In this document: positions 27,016 to 39,126 of the stretch, piece by piece
Layout of the letters: each line of letters begins with the position of its first letter
Numbering within the stretch: the stretch's first letter is position 1
DNA from: Sphingomonadales bacterium
Lineage (GTDB): Bacteria; Pseudomonadota; Alphaproteobacteria; Sphingomonadales; Sphingomonadaceae
Assembly: GCA_031415335.1 (NCBI GenBank)
Contig: JANORM010000068.1
Span: 1,136-65,135 of the forward strand
Reading direction: 5' to 3'
Length of the DNA: 64,000 bases
Notes under the pieces: generated by a model
Told to the model about the DNA's origin: nothing
What the model saw: only the letters and a program-made list of their open reading frames with translations
Database searches by the model: none
Translations under genes and position numbers: made by a program

Positions 27016-27879
27016 TCAACCGTGAACCGGTGCGCCCCAGCCACCCCAAACATAGATCACGGCGAACAGGAACAACCATACGACATCGACAAAATGCCAA
27101 TACCAAGCGGCAGCTTCAAAGCCGAAATGCTGTTGCGGAGTGAAATGGCCTTTGTAAACACGGAATAAACAGATCGCCAAGAATATCGTACCTACCAAAA
27201 CGTGAAACCCGTGGAACCCCGTCGCCATGAAGAACGTCGTGCCATAATTTAGTCCGGCAAATGCAAACGGTGCTTCGGCATATTCAACCGCTTGCAACGA
27301 CGAAAACAATATTCCCAATATGATGGTTACCCACAGGCCCTGCTTCAAACCCTTGCGGTCGCCGTGGATCAGGGCATGATGCGCCCATGTTACCGTCGTG
27401 CCTGAGCACAAAAGGATCAAGGTGTTCAACAGCGGCAATTTCATTGCGTCGAGAACTTCAAGACCCTTGGGCGGCCATTGCGCAATAAGGGCGGCACCTT
27501 CTTGACCAAACAAAGACGTTGTCGTGCCTTCGGCGACTTCCAAAGGCACCGGGAATAATGAAAAATCAAACCATGCCCAGAACCAGCCGACAAAAAACAT
27601 CACTTCAGACGCAATGAACAGGATCATACCGTAGCGCAAATGCAGCGATACAACAGGCGTGTGATCCCCGGCATGCGCCTCTGCAATAACATCCACCCAC
27701 CAGCTGTAGAATGTGAATAATACGCCCAGCAGGCCGAGGCCGAAAACCAAGCTGCCATAGGACGCTTCGTTCATCCACATGACCAATCCGCCAAACATGG
27801 TTAGCGCGGAAAAGGAACCTACCAGTGGCCAAATGCTGGGCGGTAAAATGTGGTAATCATGTGTTTTGGCACCGGCCAT
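27016..27879 (-). CDS. ctaE: Cytochrome c oxidase subunit III
   Basis: FIASEVMFF, TGFHGFHV and WYWHFVDVVW motifs. Confidence 0.96.
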   Translation of the reverse strand: MAGAKTHDYHILPPSIWPLVGSFSALTMFGGLVMWMNEASYGSLVFGLGLLGVLFTFYSWWVDVIAEAHAGDHTPVVSLHLRYGMILFIASEVMFFVGWFWAWFDFSLFPVPLEVAEGTTTSLFGQEGAALIAQWPPKGLEVLDAMKLPLLNTLILLCSGTTVTWAHHALIHGDRKGLKQGLWVTIILGILFSSLQAVEYAEAPFAFAGLNYGTTFFMATGFHGFHVLVGTIFLAICLFRVYKGHFTPQQHFGFEAAAWYWHFVDVVWLFLFAVIYVWGGWGAPVHG

Positions 27880-27920
27880 GTTGTTATTCCCTGTCACGTG
27901 TCATAATTTGTTGATGATGC

Positions 27921-28484
27921 TTAGCTTGGCTTGCCCGCTTGGTCCACTGGATAGAAGGTATAGCTTAGCGTAATTTCTTGAATATCTTTTGTCTCTGGAT
28001 CGGTTAGGATTTTTGGATCGACATAATATAGAACCGGCATACGCACTTGCTGCCCTGGTTTCAATGTCTGTTCCGTAAAACAAAAGCATTGGAGCTTATT
28101 GAAATATTTTCCGGCTAAGGCAGGCACGACATTGAAAGTTGCCGTTCCTGTAACCGACTCTCCCGACTCGTTCTTTGCCAGGAAGATTGCCATATCGCGC
28201 GCGCCAACACTAACCACATCGGTGGTGCGTTCGGGTCGGAATTCCCACGGCAAATCACCGCGATGATTTGCATCAAACCGGATCGTAATTGCTTTTCCGG
28301 TGTCTTTGACCGTGGCGGCCTGCGCCTCATCAACGCGCATTGTGGTTCCGCCAAATCCGGTCGTCGCACAAAATAGTTTATACAATGGCACAGCCGCAAA
28401 ACCCAAACCCACCATCGAAATGGCCAGCGTACCAGCGAGCGCAGCAGTTTTTATGTTACGATTAGAAGCCAAGAAAGCAGTCAT
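27921..28484 (-). CDS. ctaG: Cytochrome c oxidase copper chaperone Cox11/CtaG
   Basis: VPLYKLFC..TG, KLQCFCF and ITLSYTF motifs. Confidence 0.95.
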   Translation of the reverse strand: MTAFLASNRNIKTAALAGTLAISMVGLGFAAVPLYKLFCATTGFGGTTMRVDEAQAATVKDTGKAITIRFDANHRGDLPWEFRPERTTDVVSVGARDMAIFLAKNESGESVTGTATFNVVPALAGKYFNKLQCFCFTEQTLKPGQQVRMPVLYYVDPKILTDPETKDIQEITLSYTFYPVDQAGKPS

Positions 28485-28720
28485 CCCCAATATCCAATTT
28501 TTGCGAGTGTGATGCCAAAAAACATCACGCACAGCCCAAACAATAATGCGCCGACAATAAGCGAGCGCGAGGCCTGTCGCCTGCGAATTGCGGCAGTCGC
28601 TTCGGCTGAATATCTGGCATTAGGATCATATTGCGCCTGATGTGGATCGGGCGCCCTAATTGGTGCAGGCGCGTTCATTTCCACCGGCGTGGTTTCGGGA
28701 GTATATTCTATGTCAGTCAT
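28481..28720 (-). CDS. Small single-TM protein of the cox cluster (CoxF-like)
   Basis: RRRQ..RS followed by a TM helix; 4-bp overlaps with both neighbours. Confidence 0.7.
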   Translation of the reverse strand: MTDIEYTPETTPVEMNAPAPIRAPDPHQAQYDPNARYSAEATAAIRRRQASRSLIVGALLFGLCVMFFGITLAKIGYWG

Positions 28721-29622
28721 GCCATCAACATCCGGTCAGCGGCAAATACCGCGAATAATAAAAACAGATACAGAATAGAAAATGCGAATAACCTTTTTTC
28801 CGGTTTCATTTCGGCTGCGTCAGTGGATTGATTGCGCCAGACGGTAAAAGCGAGTGCGAGGAATATCGCATTCAATACGCCCGAAACACCGCCATATACC
28901 CAGCTGGCCTCGCCGATTATCAGCGGAAGCATGCTGACGGCTGCCATCGGAAAACTATAAATGAAAATCTGGTTCCGCGTCGCCTTTTGTCCGGAAACAT
29001 TGGGAAGCATAGGGATACCTGCCGCGCCGTAATCAGATTTCATAAACAGCGCGAGTGACCAAAAATGCGGCGGTGTCCATAAAAATATAGTTGCAAACAA
29101 AATGACCGGCAACGCGGTAATATCACCAGTGACCGCGGCCCAGCCAATGACCGGCGGAAATGCGCCTGCTGCACCGCCGATTACGATATTTTGCGGTGTA
29201 TTGGGCTTCAACCAAATCGTGTAAATTACCGCATAGAAGAAAATTGAAAAGGCCAGCAATCCAGCCGATAACCAGTTGACGGCCATGCCCATGATAATCA
29301 CTGAGAATGCGGCCAGGCCGATGCCGAAATGCAATGCGGATTGGCGGTCCATCCTGCCGCCGGGCAGCGGACGGTTCGCTGTCCGCGCCATTTTGGCATC
29401 AATGTCTGCTTCGTAATATTGGTTGAGCGCGCCCGAAGCGCCCGCGCCCACGGCGATACACAAAATTGCAGTAAAGCCTAGCATCGGGTGAATATTGCCA
29501 GGGGCGGCCAGCAAACCGCACAATGCCGTAAACACAACAAGGCTCATAACCCGAGGCTTAGTCAGCGCCCAGAAATCACGCCATTCGGCTGGCAATATGA
29601 TGTCGCGTGTTACTATTGTCAT
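28717..29622 (-). CDS. ctaB: Heme o synthase
   Basis: [16 protein letters not shown] and WTPPHFW motifs. Confidence 0.96.
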   Translation of the reverse strand: MTIVTRDIILPAEWRDFWALTKPRVMSLVVFTALCGLLAAPGNIHPMLGFTAILCIAVGAGASGALNQYYEADIDAKMARTANRPLPGGRMDRQSALHFGIGLAAFSVIIMGMAVNWLSAGLLAFSIFFYAVIYTIWLKPNTPQNIVIGGAAGAFPPVIGWAAVTGDITALPVILFATIFLWTPPHFWSLALFMKSDYGAAGIPMLPNVSGQKATRNQIFIYSFPMAAVSMLPLIIGEASWVYGGVSGVLNAIFLALAFTVWRNQSTDAAEMKPEKRLFAFSILYLFLLFAVFAADRMLMA

Positions 29623-29672
29623 AATTTTCGAATGGGCTGCAGGATATTAACCCGCAGCCCGCTCATGTCGGT

Positions 29673-31343
29673 TTATTTGATGACGGGCAGTGTCTCGAAT
29701 TGGTGGAACGGCGGCGGGCTGGACAATGTCCATTCCAACGTTGTCGCACCCTCGCCCCAATAATTGCCCTCTGCGCGGCGGCCAACAAAGAACGCCGAAA
29801 TTACGTTGACGAAAAACACGCCGACGCCCGCAAGTATCATCAGATAGCTGTAGGAGACGATCTCGTTCCAATATGCAAACGCCGCCGGATAATCAGGGAT
29901 ACGGCGCGGCATACCTGCGTTGCCAAGGAAATGCATCGGGAAGAATACGCCGTTAACGCCGATGAAGAACAACCAGAAATGCAAATGGCCAAGTGCTTCA
30001 TTCAAATGACGTCCGCTCATTTTGCCGAACCAATAATAGAACCCAGCGAACAAGGAGAACACAGCGCCCAGTGACAACACATAGTGGAAGTGCGCGACCA
30101 CATAATATGTGTCGTGTAGCGCATCATCAAGACCGCCATTGGCCAGAACTACGCCAGTCACACCGCCGACCGTGAACATGAAAATGAAGCCCATTGCCCA
30201 GACCATCGGTGTTTTGAAGCTAACCGAACCGCCCCACATCGTTGCAATCCAGCTAAAAATCTTGATTCCCGTGGGAACCGCGATCACCATTGTTGCGGCG
30301 GTGAAGTACATTTTCATATCGACGCTCATGCCCGTTGTGAACATATGGTGCGCCCAAACAACGAAGCCAACGACGCCAATCGCGACCATGGCATAGGCCA
30401 TGCCGAGATAGCCGAATACAGGCTTGCGGCTGAAAGTTGAGACGATTTGGCTGACAATGCCAAATCCTGGCAAGATCATGATATACACTTCGGGGTGACC
30501 AAAGAACCAGAATAGATGCTGATATAATACCGGGTCGCCGCCTGCGGCTGCGTCAAAAAACGCTCCGCCAAAATTACGGTCAACCAGCAACATTGTAATC
30601 GCCGCTGCCAATACAGGCAGTGCGAGCAGCAGCAAGAATGCCGTGACCAGAACCGACCATACGAACAACGGCATTTTGTGCAGAGTCATGCCCGGCGCAC
30701 GCATGTTGAAGATGGTGGTGATGAAATTCACTGCGCCCAAAATCGAGGCTGCACCCGCCAAATGGAGCGAGAAAATCGCCATGTCGACAGCTGGTCCAAC
30801 CGATCCGCTTGTCGATAATGGCGCATAAACCGTCCAGCCAGTACCTGCACCAAGCCCTGTACCGCCGGGCACGAAGCTGGAACCCAGCAGCATGATAAAT
30901 GCCACAACAGTTAACCAGAATGATACATTGTTCATGCGCGGGAACGCCATATCGGGCGCGCCGATCATCAATGGGACGAACCAGTTACCAAATCCGCCAA
31001 TAATCGCGGGCATCACCATAAAAAACACCATGATTAAGCCGTGCGCCGTGATCAACACGTTCCACATATGGTATGACTCGTCGAGCGTTGCGCCCGAACC
31101 CTTCATCATCGACGCCCAAGTCGTCAGATGCTGAATACCTGGCTCAGCAAGCTCCCAACGCATCAATCCGGAAATAGCGCCGCCAATAATCCCTGCGAAA
31201 ATCGCAAAAATCAGATACAGCGTACCAATATCTTTATGATTGGTTGACATGAACCAGCGCGCGAAGAAAGCAGGTTTGTGGTCGGCATCATGCGCATGGT
31301 CATGACCATGAAAATCAGCAGGATTTGCAGCAATAGTCGTCAT
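29673..31343 (-). CDS. ctaD: Cytochrome c oxidase subunit I (aa3 type)
   Basis: [21 protein letters not shown] and VAHFHY motifs. Confidence 0.98.
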   Translation of the reverse strand: MTTIAANPADFHGHDHAHDADHKPAFFARWFMSTNHKDIGTLYLIFAIFAGIIGGAISGLMRWELAEPGIQHLTTWASMMKGSGATLDESYHMWNVLITAHGLIMVFFMVMPAIIGGFGNWFVPLMIGAPDMAFPRMNNVSFWLTVVAFIMLLGSSFVPGGTGLGAGTGWTVYAPLSTSGSVGPAVDMAIFSLHLAGAASILGAVNFITTIFNMRAPGMTLHKMPLFVWSVLVTAFLLLLALPVLAAAITMLLVDRNFGGAFFDAAAGGDPVLYQHLFWFFGHPEVYIMILPGFGIVSQIVSTFSRKPVFGYLGMAYAMVAIGVVGFVVWAHHMFTTGMSVDMKMYFTAATMVIAVPTGIKIFSWIATMWGGSVSFKTPMVWAMGFIFMFTVGGVTGVVLANGGLDDALHDTYYVVAHFHYVLSLGAVFSLFAGFYYWFGKMSGRHLNEALGHLHFWLFFIGVNGVFFPMHFLGNAGMPRRIPDYPAAFAYWNEIVSYSYLMILAGVGVFFVNVISAFFVGRRAEGNYWGEGATTLEWTLSSPPPFHQFETLPVIK

Positions 31344-31355
31344 GTTCTGTGCCTC

Positions 31356-32456
31356 TTAATTTGTTGCTGCCGCTACAGGAGCGGATGTTGCAGATGTTGG
31401 AACCGCGGGTGCAGCTGGCGTGGCGGGTGCAGCCGGCGCAGCGGCTTTGTCGCTTGGCATTTTACCGCCATCTTGCGCTCTTACCCATGCCGCGAATTTT
31501 TCAGGCGGCAATGCTTCGACCGTAATCGGCATAAACCCATGCCGCGCACCGCATAGTTCCGAGCATTGGCCATAATATACGCCAGGCTTTGTGATCGTCA
31601 GCGATTTTTCGTTCAATCGTCCCGGCACTGCGTCCAATTTGAACCATAATGAAGGAACAGCAAATGCATGAATAACGTCAGAGGCAGTGGTTTGGATCCG
31701 CAATGGCACCCCAGCGGGAACAACCATCCGGTTATCCACTGCCAATTGCTCTGGGCCGTCATTGTCCGTGCGAAAACGTTCGCCCTTGCCAACTTCATCT
31801 TCTTCTTTCAGCATATTCGAAACGACCTCAAAGCTGCCGTGGTCGGGATATGTATACCCCCAATACCATTGATATCCGGTCGCCTTAATCGTCACCGCAG
31901 ACGCAGGCGCAGGCTTAAACTGTTTCGCAAGCAGGTCGAGCGAGGGATAGGCAATTCCAAGTAAAATCAACACCGGCACCAATGTCCAAACAACTTCGAT
32001 AAACGTGTTGTGCGTTGTTTTGGATGCAACGGGGTTTCTATTGCGTCGGAACAAAACAATGATTGCAAACAACAAGGCGAGAACGAAGATGGAAATTGCG
32101 ATAATCAACGGCAACAAAATCGCATTGTTGATCCATTTGGCATAAACGCCATTATCACTAAATTGCTCCTGAAAATCCATTTGCTTTTGCACCGGCATAC
32201 CGACGCCATCTGTCGGCTTCATCGGGGTGTAGCCGGGCAGCGATCCATCCATCGATTTGACCGTTGGCGCAGCAGCAGCAGGTTTCAATGGCTCAACGAC
32301 TGGCGGCCCAGCGACTGGCCCAGCGACTGGCGATGCGAGCGGCGGCGCAGCCGTCAACGCAGCAGCATCGGCGATCGGCGCAGCACCATAAGCGGCAACC
32401 GACGAAAGCATCACCGCCAACGGAAAAAGGAAAATCTTCAACATATTCATCAACAT
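31356..32456 (-). CDS. ctaC: Cytochrome c oxidase subunit II
   Basis: GYQWYW, DVIHAF and CuA motif CSELCGARHGFM. Confidence 0.97.
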   Translation of the reverse strand: MLMNMLKIFLFPLAVMLSSVAAYGAAPIADAAALTAAPPLASPVAGPVAGPPVVEPLKPAAAAPTVKSMDGSLPGYTPMKPTDGVGMPVQKQMDFQEQFSDNGVYAKWINNAILLPLIIAISIFVLALLFAIIVLFRRNRNPVASKTTHNTFIEVVWTLVPVLILLGIAYPSLDLLAKQFKPAPASAVTIKATGYQWYWGYTYPDHGSFEVVSNMLKEEDEVGKGERFRTDNDGPEQLAVDNRMVVPAGVPLRIQTTASDVIHAFAVPSLWFKLDAVPGRLNEKSLTITKPGVYYGQCSELCGARHGFMPITVEALPPEKFAAWVRAQDGGKMPSDKAAAPAAPATPAAPAVPTSATSAPVAAATN

Positions 32457-32690
32457 GACCCCATGTTCATCACTATGCGCGGGGGATGCCGCGCGAAATT
32501 AAGTGTCCCGTTAAATCCAGACTCGTCCGGCCTATAGGCGCGCTGTATCAAAGCCTCAAGCGTCCGATGCATGATTTATGGATTTATTCGCACCGCAATT
32601 CCACCTATTTATCTATCTAACAACACCGTCTATAGTGCAAAAAACAAAACTGGTATCAAATCCAAACATTATCCAAGGAACATTCTCCCA

Positions 32691-33272
32691 ATGACCGAAG
32701 ACGAAATTCTCGCTGAGTTCCGCGCCGCAGACGCCCTGCACGAGGGGCATTTTATCTTGTCGTCGGGGCTTCACAGTGCGTATTACCTGCAATGTGCCCG
32801 CGTTTTGATGAACCCGCAGCGCGCGAGCCGCCTTGCCGTGGCCATCGCTCAGAGCATCCCGCGCGAGTTGCGCGGTGAAATTGGCGCCGTTGTTTCACCC
32901 GCGATGGGCGGCTTGATTATCGGTCACGAAATGGGCCGCGCGCTGGACGTGGACGCAATGTTTCTGGAGCGGCCCGAGGGTGTTTTCGAGTTGCGCCGAG
33001 GATTTGCGCTGGAAACGGGGGCGAAAGTGTTGATGATGGAGGATGTTGTCACCACTGGGTTATCATCGCGTGAGGCCATTAAGGCGATCACTGCGGCGGG
33101 CGGCGAAGTCGTGGCGGCGGGGGCCGTTGTTGACCGCTCGGGCGGAACAGCGGATTTGGGTGTACCGTTCTTTCCCTTGATTGAACTTAATTTTCCGACC
33201 TATGCTGCCGATGATTTGCCGCCAGAATTGGCAACGACCAAGCCAACAAAACCCGGCAGCCGGAAAAAGTAA
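32691..33272 (+). CDS. pyrE: Orotate phosphoribosyltransferase
   Basis: GHFILSSG and EDVVTTGLS motifs. Confidence 0.95.
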   Translation: MTEDEILAEFRAADALHEGHFILSSGLHSAYYLQCARVLMNPQRASRLAVAIAQSIPRELRGEIGAVVSPAMGGLIIGHEMGRALDVDAMFLERPEGVFELRRGFALETGAKVLMMEDVVTTGLSSREAIKAITAAGGEVVAAGAVVDRSGGTADLGVPFFPLIELNFPTYAADDLPPELATTKPTKPGSRKK

Positions 33273-33288
33273 GAAAGGCCCTAAACTT

Positions 33289-34038
33289 ATGCAAAATCAC
33301 GCTAGCAATTTGCGATTGGGCGTCAATATCGATCATGTCGCCACGATCCGCAATGCCCGCGGCGGTGAGCATCCCGATCCTGTCCGTGCGGCACAAATCG
33401 TGGCGGCAGTTGGCGGTGACGGAATAACTGCGCATTTACGCGAAGACAGAAGGCATATTCGGGACGCAGACATAGAGCGGATCATGGCGGCGACCGATTT
33501 GCCGTTAAATCTGGAAATGGCGGCGACCGAAGAAATGCTGGAAATTGCCCTTCGGCATAAACCCCATGCCGCGTGCATCGTGCCAGAAAAGCGCGAGGAA
33601 CGCACGACCGAAGGCGGGCTGGATGCGGCGGGTCAACATAATCATCTTGCACCGATCATCAGCAAATTGGCGGGCGCGGGTATCCGTGTCAGCCTGTTTA
33701 TCGAACCAGAGGCGCGGCAAATTGAGGCGGCAATGCATTTAGGCGCGCATATTGCTGAATTTCATACCGGGCGCTACGCGCATTTGGCGCTGGACGGCGA
33801 TGGAGCAGGCGTTGAAGCAGAGCTGCGCCGAATCACCGATGCCGTCGCGCTGGCGGTCAAAAACGGCATTGAACCGCATGCTGGCCACGGCCTCACATTC
33901 GAAAACGTACAGCCTATTGCCGCCATTCCGCAAATTGCCGAATTGAATATCGGGCATTATCTGATCGGCGAAGCGATATTTATCGGGCTGGAAGGCGCTG
34001 TCCGTAAAATGCGCTCGCTGATGGATGATGCGCGGTGA
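33289..34038 (+). CDS. pdxJ: Pyridoxine 5'-phosphate synthase
   Basis: [28 protein letters not shown] and ELNIGH motifs. Confidence 0.97.
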   Translation: MQNHASNLRLGVNIDHVATIRNARGGEHPDPVRAAQIVAAVGGDGITAHLREDRRHIRDADIERIMAATDLPLNLEMAATEEMLEIALRHKPHAACIVPEKREERTTEGGLDAAGQHNHLAPIISKLAGAGIRVSLFIEPEARQIEAAMHLGAHIAEFHTGRYAHLALDGDGAGVEAELRRITDAVALAVKNGIEPHAGHGLTFENVQPIAAIPQIAELNIGHYLIGEAIFIGLEGAVRKMRSLMDDAR

Positions 34039-34048
34039 GCGCCATTAC

Positions 34049-34468
34049 ATGATTATCGGTTTGGGCTCTGACCTGTGCAATATCGATCGGATAGCCAATT
34101 CGCTGGAACGATTTGGCGAGCGATTTGAAAACCGCGTATTTACCGAGGCTGAGCGCGCCAAGGCCGCCAAGCGCCCGTTTACCAAAGCGGGAACCTATGC
34201 CAAACGCTTCGCAGCCAAGGAGGCATTTTCCAAGGCCGTGGGAACGGGTTTCAAGCGCGGCGTTTTCATGCGTGACATTGGCGTCATCAACGCGCCATCG
34301 GGCGCGCCGACATTGGCGCTGACAGGCGGCGCAAAAGCGCGGCTCGACGCAATGGTTCCGGCGGGGTATGACGCGTATGTACATTTAACATTAACCGACG
34401 ATCACCCATGGGCCCAAGCATTTGTGATTATCGAAGCATTGCCATCCCCGCCATCTGCTGCGGCATAA
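34049..34468 (+). CDS. acpS: Holo-ACP synthase
   Basis: IIGLGSD and [13 protein letters not shown] motifs. Confidence 0.96.
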   Translation: MIIGLGSDLCNIDRIANSLERFGERFENRVFTEAERAKAAKRPFTKAGTYAKRFAAKEAFSKAVGTGFKRGVFMRDIGVINAPSGAPTLALTGGAKARLDAMVPAGYDAYVHLTLTDDHPWAQAFVIIEALPSPPSAAA

Positions 34469-34499
34469 GAAAGCCAAGTTTTTGAACTCTGAAACGCAT

Positions 34500-35444
34500 A
34501 TGGAAACGCAGATACAGCCAGATAGTTCGGCGCAAACGCTTGCGCCTAAACAAAGCCGGCGTTCGGCGATTTGGTCCGAGATTAAAGGGCTTTTGTGGCT
34601 GTTGCTGGCCGTATTGTTATTCCACAGCTTCATTGCCAAACCGTTTTATATTCCATCAATATCGATGATGCCAACGCTGCAAGTCGGTGACCGCCTGTTT
34701 GTTAGCAAATATGCCTATGGCTGGAGTCACGTTTCGCCGACAATCCCCAATCCGGCAGCAATTTTTCGCTGGCTGATCTTGCGTGAGGATGTTCAGACTT
34801 TGGCCGTTCAATTGCCGCAAAGCAGCACGCGGATTTGGGGCTCAATGCCTGCGCGCGGCGATATTGTTATCTTGAAACCAGCGGGCAAAACCGATGATCT
34901 GATAAAGCGCGTAATCGGCCTTCCCGGAGATTTGATTGAGATGCGCGGCGGGCTGATTTTCCTGAATGGCACGCCGATAAAACAAGAGGTGCAGCCAGCG
35001 CTTGATTTAACCGTCGATATTAACAGCCCTTGCAACGACAGTGAATTTCCAGGTTCTCCGACGCAAGGCGGTGACGGCAAATTGCATTGCTACCTGCCGA
35101 TTGTCCGCGAAACATTGCCGAACGGCGTAAGTTACGACACGATTGATGCGCGTAATACATTGTCCGATGATTTTGCACCGACGCGTGTTCCGGCCAATCA
35201 TCTTTACCTGATGGGCGATAACCGCGACAACAGCGCGGACAGCCGGGTTCCATTGCCATATGGCCTTGGCGGTGCAGTGGCGTTGGACCGGATTGGCGGG
35301 CGGGCGGAAATCGTGACCTTCTCGGTTGATGGTTCAACATCACTCAATCCCCTGACTTGGATAGCTTCGCTGCGCGGCGACCGGGCCGGAACCAGTTTGC
35401 GGCCAGTGCGTTCGGCGCATGGCAATGCTAAGGAGCAGCAATGA
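34500..35444 (+). CDS. lepB: Signal peptidase I
   Basis: IPSISMMPTL, IKRVIGLPGD and GDNRDNSADSR motifs. Confidence 0.95.
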   Translation: METQIQPDSSAQTLAPKQSRRSAIWSEIKGLLWLLLAVLLFHSFIAKPFYIPSISMMPTLQVGDRLFVSKYAYGWSHVSPTIPNPAAIFRWLILREDVQTLAVQLPQSSTRIWGSMPARGDIVILKPAGKTDDLIKRVIGLPGDLIEMRGGLIFLNGTPIKQEVQPALDLTVDINSPCNDSEFPGSPTQGGDGKLHCYLPIVRETLPNGVSYDTIDARNTLSDDFAPTRVPANHLYLMGDNRDNSADSRVPLPYGLGGAVALDRIGGRAEIVTFSVDGSTSLNPLTWIASLRGDRAGTSLRPVRSAHGNAKEQQ

Positions 35445-36625
35445 CAGTCCAAGCAAAACCTGTTCAGCCAAAAAGTGTTCAGCCAAAAACTGCACGCGCG
35501 AAACCGGTAAAAAAAGTACGCACCACATCGGTGATCGCGCATGCCGAAACCGAATTTGTTGAAGAATTTGGTCCGACCGATTTTTTCGATCCCATTATCC
35601 GTACCGAGTTAAAACGCGCGTCGGTTTGGTTGGGTCTGGCGCTGGCTATCGGATTGATCGCATGGTTAGCGCAGCCAATTTTGCTTATCATCGGCGGGAT
35701 GGTGTTTGCCGCGATGCTGGATGGCGGAGCGCGGCTACTGGGCCGGATATTGCCGATACCAAGGGGGTTTCGGTTGGCAATAGTGATGTTGGCTGCAGTC
35801 GCGTTTCTTTATTGGACGGCGGCGTTAACCGGAACGCAGTTGGCGCAGCAGGCAGCTGCGCTGCAAACCATTATCGAAAATCAGCTGATTTGGCTCGAAC
35901 AAAAAGCGCGCGAGATGGGCTTTGCAATCTCCGCCGCCGATGTCAAAGATATTAGCTCGCAGATTTTGGGCAGCGTTGGCCGCGTGACGGCGGCGGTTAG
36001 CTCGGCTGTGGGAACCATAACGAACATGGTAATGATGTTGGTACTTGCGATTTTTATTGCCGCAGAACCACGGTTATATGAACGCGGTATCGCATGGATG
36101 TTGCCGCTGGGTGCGCGCGAACATTTTTACGGCACCTGTTCAAAAATTGGATTTACGTTGCGCCGGTTGATGGCGGGGCGCTTGCTGGGCATGGCGATAG
36201 AGGGGGTTGGCACATGGATGCTGCTGGCCCTTGGCGGTGTTCCGATGGCGGCTTTGCTGGGTGTGATTACTGGATTGTTGGCGTTCTTGCCGAATATCGG
36301 CGCGATTGTATCGGGCGTATTGATTATATTGGTCGGATTTTCAGCTGGGTTTGATGCCGGATTATATGCAATATTTGTCTATTTTGTGGTGCAGATAATT
36401 GATGGCTATTTGATCGTTCCCATGGTTGCCAAACGGGCCGTTGATATGGCCCCTGCTTTGGTATTAGGCGCGCAAATTTTGTTCGGTGCATTATTTGGCA
36501 TATTGGGCCTTGCGCTGGCCGATCCGATTGTTGCGATGATAAAGGTGGCATTGGAACGGCAATCGGAACGCAACGAAGCGCGCGCTATCCGCAAAACGCC
36601 AGCCGCCAAAGCGGACGCCGCATAA
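35441..36625 (+). CDS. AI-2E family transporter
   Basis: LLAFLPNIG, Q.IDGYLIVP and GILGLALADP motifs; multiple TM helices. Confidence 0.87.
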   Translation: MTVQAKPVQPKSVQPKTARAKPVKKVRTTSVIAHAETEFVEEFGPTDFFDPIIRTELKRASVWLGLALAIGLIAWLAQPILLIIGGMVFAAMLDGGARLLGRILPIPRGFRLAIVMLAAVAFLYWTAALTGTQLAQQAAALQTIIENQLIWLEQKAREMGFAISAADVKDISSQILGSVGRVTAAVSSAVGTITNMVMMLVLAIFIAAEPRLYERGIAWMLPLGAREHFYGTCSKIGFTLRRLMAGRLLGMAIEGVGTWMLLALGGVPMAALLGVITGLLAFLPNIGAIVSGVLIILVGFSAGFDAGLYAIFVYFVVQIIDGYLIVPMVAKRAVDMAPALVLGAQILFGALFGILGLALADPIVAMIKVALERQSERNEARAIRKTPAAKADAA

Positions 36626-36626
36626 A

Positions 36627-36896
36627 ATGCCGCTTTTGCTATGTTTCTTTTTGGGCATTGCCAATTTTGCCATGCACAAGGCGGTGCTGGAATCGCGCCA
36701 TCCGTTTGTCGAAGATACAAAATTATATTTTGGCAAACATATTGGAAAATTTGGCAGTTACGCCCTGGAATTTGCGATTCTGGCAGGTGCAATGTTGTTT
36801 GCAGGCAATGGATCTTATTTGGTCGTGGTTTTCTATGCCTTATATGCGGCCATGAACGGCCTTGCGACGTGGCTTTTGCTTGCGGGACGGATTTAG
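36627..36896 (+). CDS. Small membrane hypothetical protein
   Basis: Three hydrophobic segments; GIANFAMHKAVLES; operon-like spacing. Confidence 0.65.
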   Translation: MPLLLCFFLGIANFAMHKAVLESRHPFVEDTKLYFGKHIGKFGSYALEFAILAGAMLFAGNGSYLVVVFYALYAAMNGLATWLLLAGRI

Positions 36897-37005
36897 GATC
36901 AGGACCCTGTCGCGAACACGCCGCTATGCATTTGAACAATGGCCAAACGCCGTTTGTCGAACCCCTAATTGTTTTTAGTGAATATTGCAGTAGGCGGTCA
37001 CGCAT

Positions 37006-39099
37006 ATGAAAAATGCCGCGCCATATTATGTTCTCAGCTTCGCCGCATTTATCGGTGTCGCCGCCTGCGTCCCGAACACGGTTTGCGCGCAAGTAACCAG
37101 CCCGCAGTCGCAATCAGAAGACGGTAAGCAGATTTATTCCGCAGCAGATTTTGCTCAATTTGCGCCGCAAACCGCGCTGGATATGGTGCGGCAAATTCCG
37201 GGCTTTGTAATCACCGAATCAAGCGGCGACCGCGGGTTGGGCGAAGCGACGCAAAATGTGCTGATTAATGGCCAACGCATATCTGGCAAAAGCAATGATG
37301 CCGCAACGGTGTTGGGCCGCACATCTGCTGAAACCGTGGTGCGGATCGAAATCGTCGATGGCGCGACGTTGAACATCCCCGGCCTTAGCGGACAGGTATT
37401 GAACCTGATCACGAAAACCAGCGGGCTGAAGGGCAATTTTCGGTGGAACCCGCAGGTGCGGTCACGCGTTCAGACGCTGTATCTTGACGGCGAGATCAAC
37501 GTGTCAGGGAAATTGGGCTCGGCTGATTTCACCGCCGGGATTAGCACGCCGAATACCTTTCGCGGCGGCGGTTGGGGCCAAGAAATCGTAACGAGCGGCA
37601 GCGGCGCTCCCATATCGACGCGGGACAGATCAAGCCGCTTTAGCGGAGACAATCCGAAACTTTCATTATCGTACAGCCGCGCCAGCCAGGCGGGTTCCAA
37701 ATTCAACATAAATGGCGAAGCATCGATTGACAATTTCAGACGCCGTCAAAAGAGCCTTCGGTTTCTTGCCGGCTCATCTGATCCTACTGCGCCTGATATT
37801 TTTGAAGTCGGAACCGGCAAAGAAAATGAAAAAAATTACGAAATCAGCAGCGATTATGCATTTGGCATTGCTGGAGGACGGCTGAAACTTGTCGCATATC
37901 GCCGTTTTGAACACAGCCCCACCGAAAGCATTTTCCGCCGCGATTTCGCAAATGGTAATGCTCCGGATGGTACGCAATTTAACCGCGTCGCCGACGAAGC
38001 CGAAACCATTGGCCGAGGCGAGTTTAGTTGGAAATCGGGCAAGGCGGACTGGAGCATTTCAGCGGAAGCCGCCTATAATTATCTTGATTCCCGGTCCGAG
38101 CTGTTCAGTTTAGTTAATGACGCATTTGTGCCCGAACCGCTGGACAATCCCAATAGCCGCGTTGCCGAGAAACGCGGCCAGATCATATTGTCCTATGGCC
38201 GGCCCCTGTCATCGACGCTGACCTTACAAACCCAAATCGGCGGGGAATATAGTGAGCTTGAACAAACCGGCGCAGGCGGACTGACCCGGCAATTTTGGCG
38301 GCCAAAGGGCCAGGTTTCGTTGGCGTGGAAAGCGTCGCCGCAATTGGACGTCAGTGCAAAATTGCAACGCAAAGTGGGGCAGCTGAACTTTTTTGATTTT
38401 CTGCAATCCGTCGATGTTCAGGATGCCAATAATAATGCCGGAAATCCAAATCTGGTGCCGCCGCAAAGCTGGCTCAGCGAGCTTGAGTTGAACCGCAAAC
38501 TGGGCAATGCTGGGTCCGTTAAACTAAAACTGCAATATGAAAAAACCAGCGATGTTGTGGACCAAATTCCGATTGCAACGGGCGGCGAAGCGCCGGGCAA
38601 TCTGCGTGATAGCGCAGACAGGTGGAGCGCGGAAACCAATATAACTGTCCTTTTCGACGGCCTAGGTGTGAAAGGGGCAAAGTTGGATTTGTCCGGTTTC
38701 GTGCAAAAGGGCCGATTGACCGATCCATTGACGCGCCGGTCACGGCGATTTGGCGGGGAACGGCGTTGGACATGGGCCTTCGAATTCCGGCACGATATTC
38801 CATCGAGTGACTGGGCCTATGGATTTGGAGCGGACGATCAAAGTGACGCCGAATTTCTGCGACTAGATTTCGCCGCCAGAGAATTTCACACCAAACCACA
38901 GACGTTTATATTCGCAGAAAATAAGGACATATTGGGACTGAAGGTGCGCGCATCATTGATAAACCTGATCGGCCAAAAAGAAAAATATCGAGAGGTGTTT
39001 TTTGTTACTGATAGGTTGGATGGTCAGGTCGACCAATTTCGGAATGGCACCAGCGAATATGGCGTAATCGGAAGGCTATCCGTTAGCGGGACTTTCTAA
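37006..39099 (+). CDS. TonB-dependent receptor-like outer-membrane barrel
   Basis: FAPQTALDMV..IPGF, NVLINGQR, GNPNLVP and C-terminal GTF. Confidence 0.85.
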   Translation: MKNAAPYYVLSFAAFIGVAACVPNTVCAQVTSPQSQSEDGKQIYSAADFAQFAPQTALDMVRQIPGFVITESSGDRGLGEATQNVLINGQRISGKSNDAATVLGRTSAETVVRIEIVDGATLNIPGLSGQVLNLITKTSGLKGNFRWNPQVRSRVQTLYLDGEINVSGKLGSADFTAGISTPNTFRGGGWGQEIVTSGSGAPISTRDRSSRFSGDNPKLSLSYSRASQAGSKFNINGEASIDNFRRRQKSLRFLAGSSDPTAPDIFEVGTGKENEKNYEISSDYAFGIAGGRLKLVAYRRFEHSPTESIFRRDFANGNAPDGTQFNRVADEAETIGRGEFSWKSGKADWSISAEAAYNYLDSRSELFSLVNDAFVPEPLDNPNSRVAEKRGQIILSYGRPLSSTLTLQTQIGGEYSELEQTGAGGLTRQFWRPKGQVSLAWKASPQLDVSAKLQRKVGQLNFFDFLQSVDVQDANNNAGNPNLVPPQSWLSELELNRKLGNAGSVKLKLQYEKTSDVVDQIPIATGGEAPGNLRDSADRWSAETNITVLFDGLGVKGAKLDLSGFVQKGRLTDPLTRRSRRFGGERRWTWAFEFRHDIPSSDWAYGFGADDQSDAEFLRLDFAAREFHTKPQTFIFAENKDILGLKVRASLINLIGQKEKYREVFFVTDRLDGQVDQFRNGTSEYGVIGRLSVSGTF

Positions 39100-39126
39100 C
39101 CCGGCAATGGGTGTCTATAGGGGGGC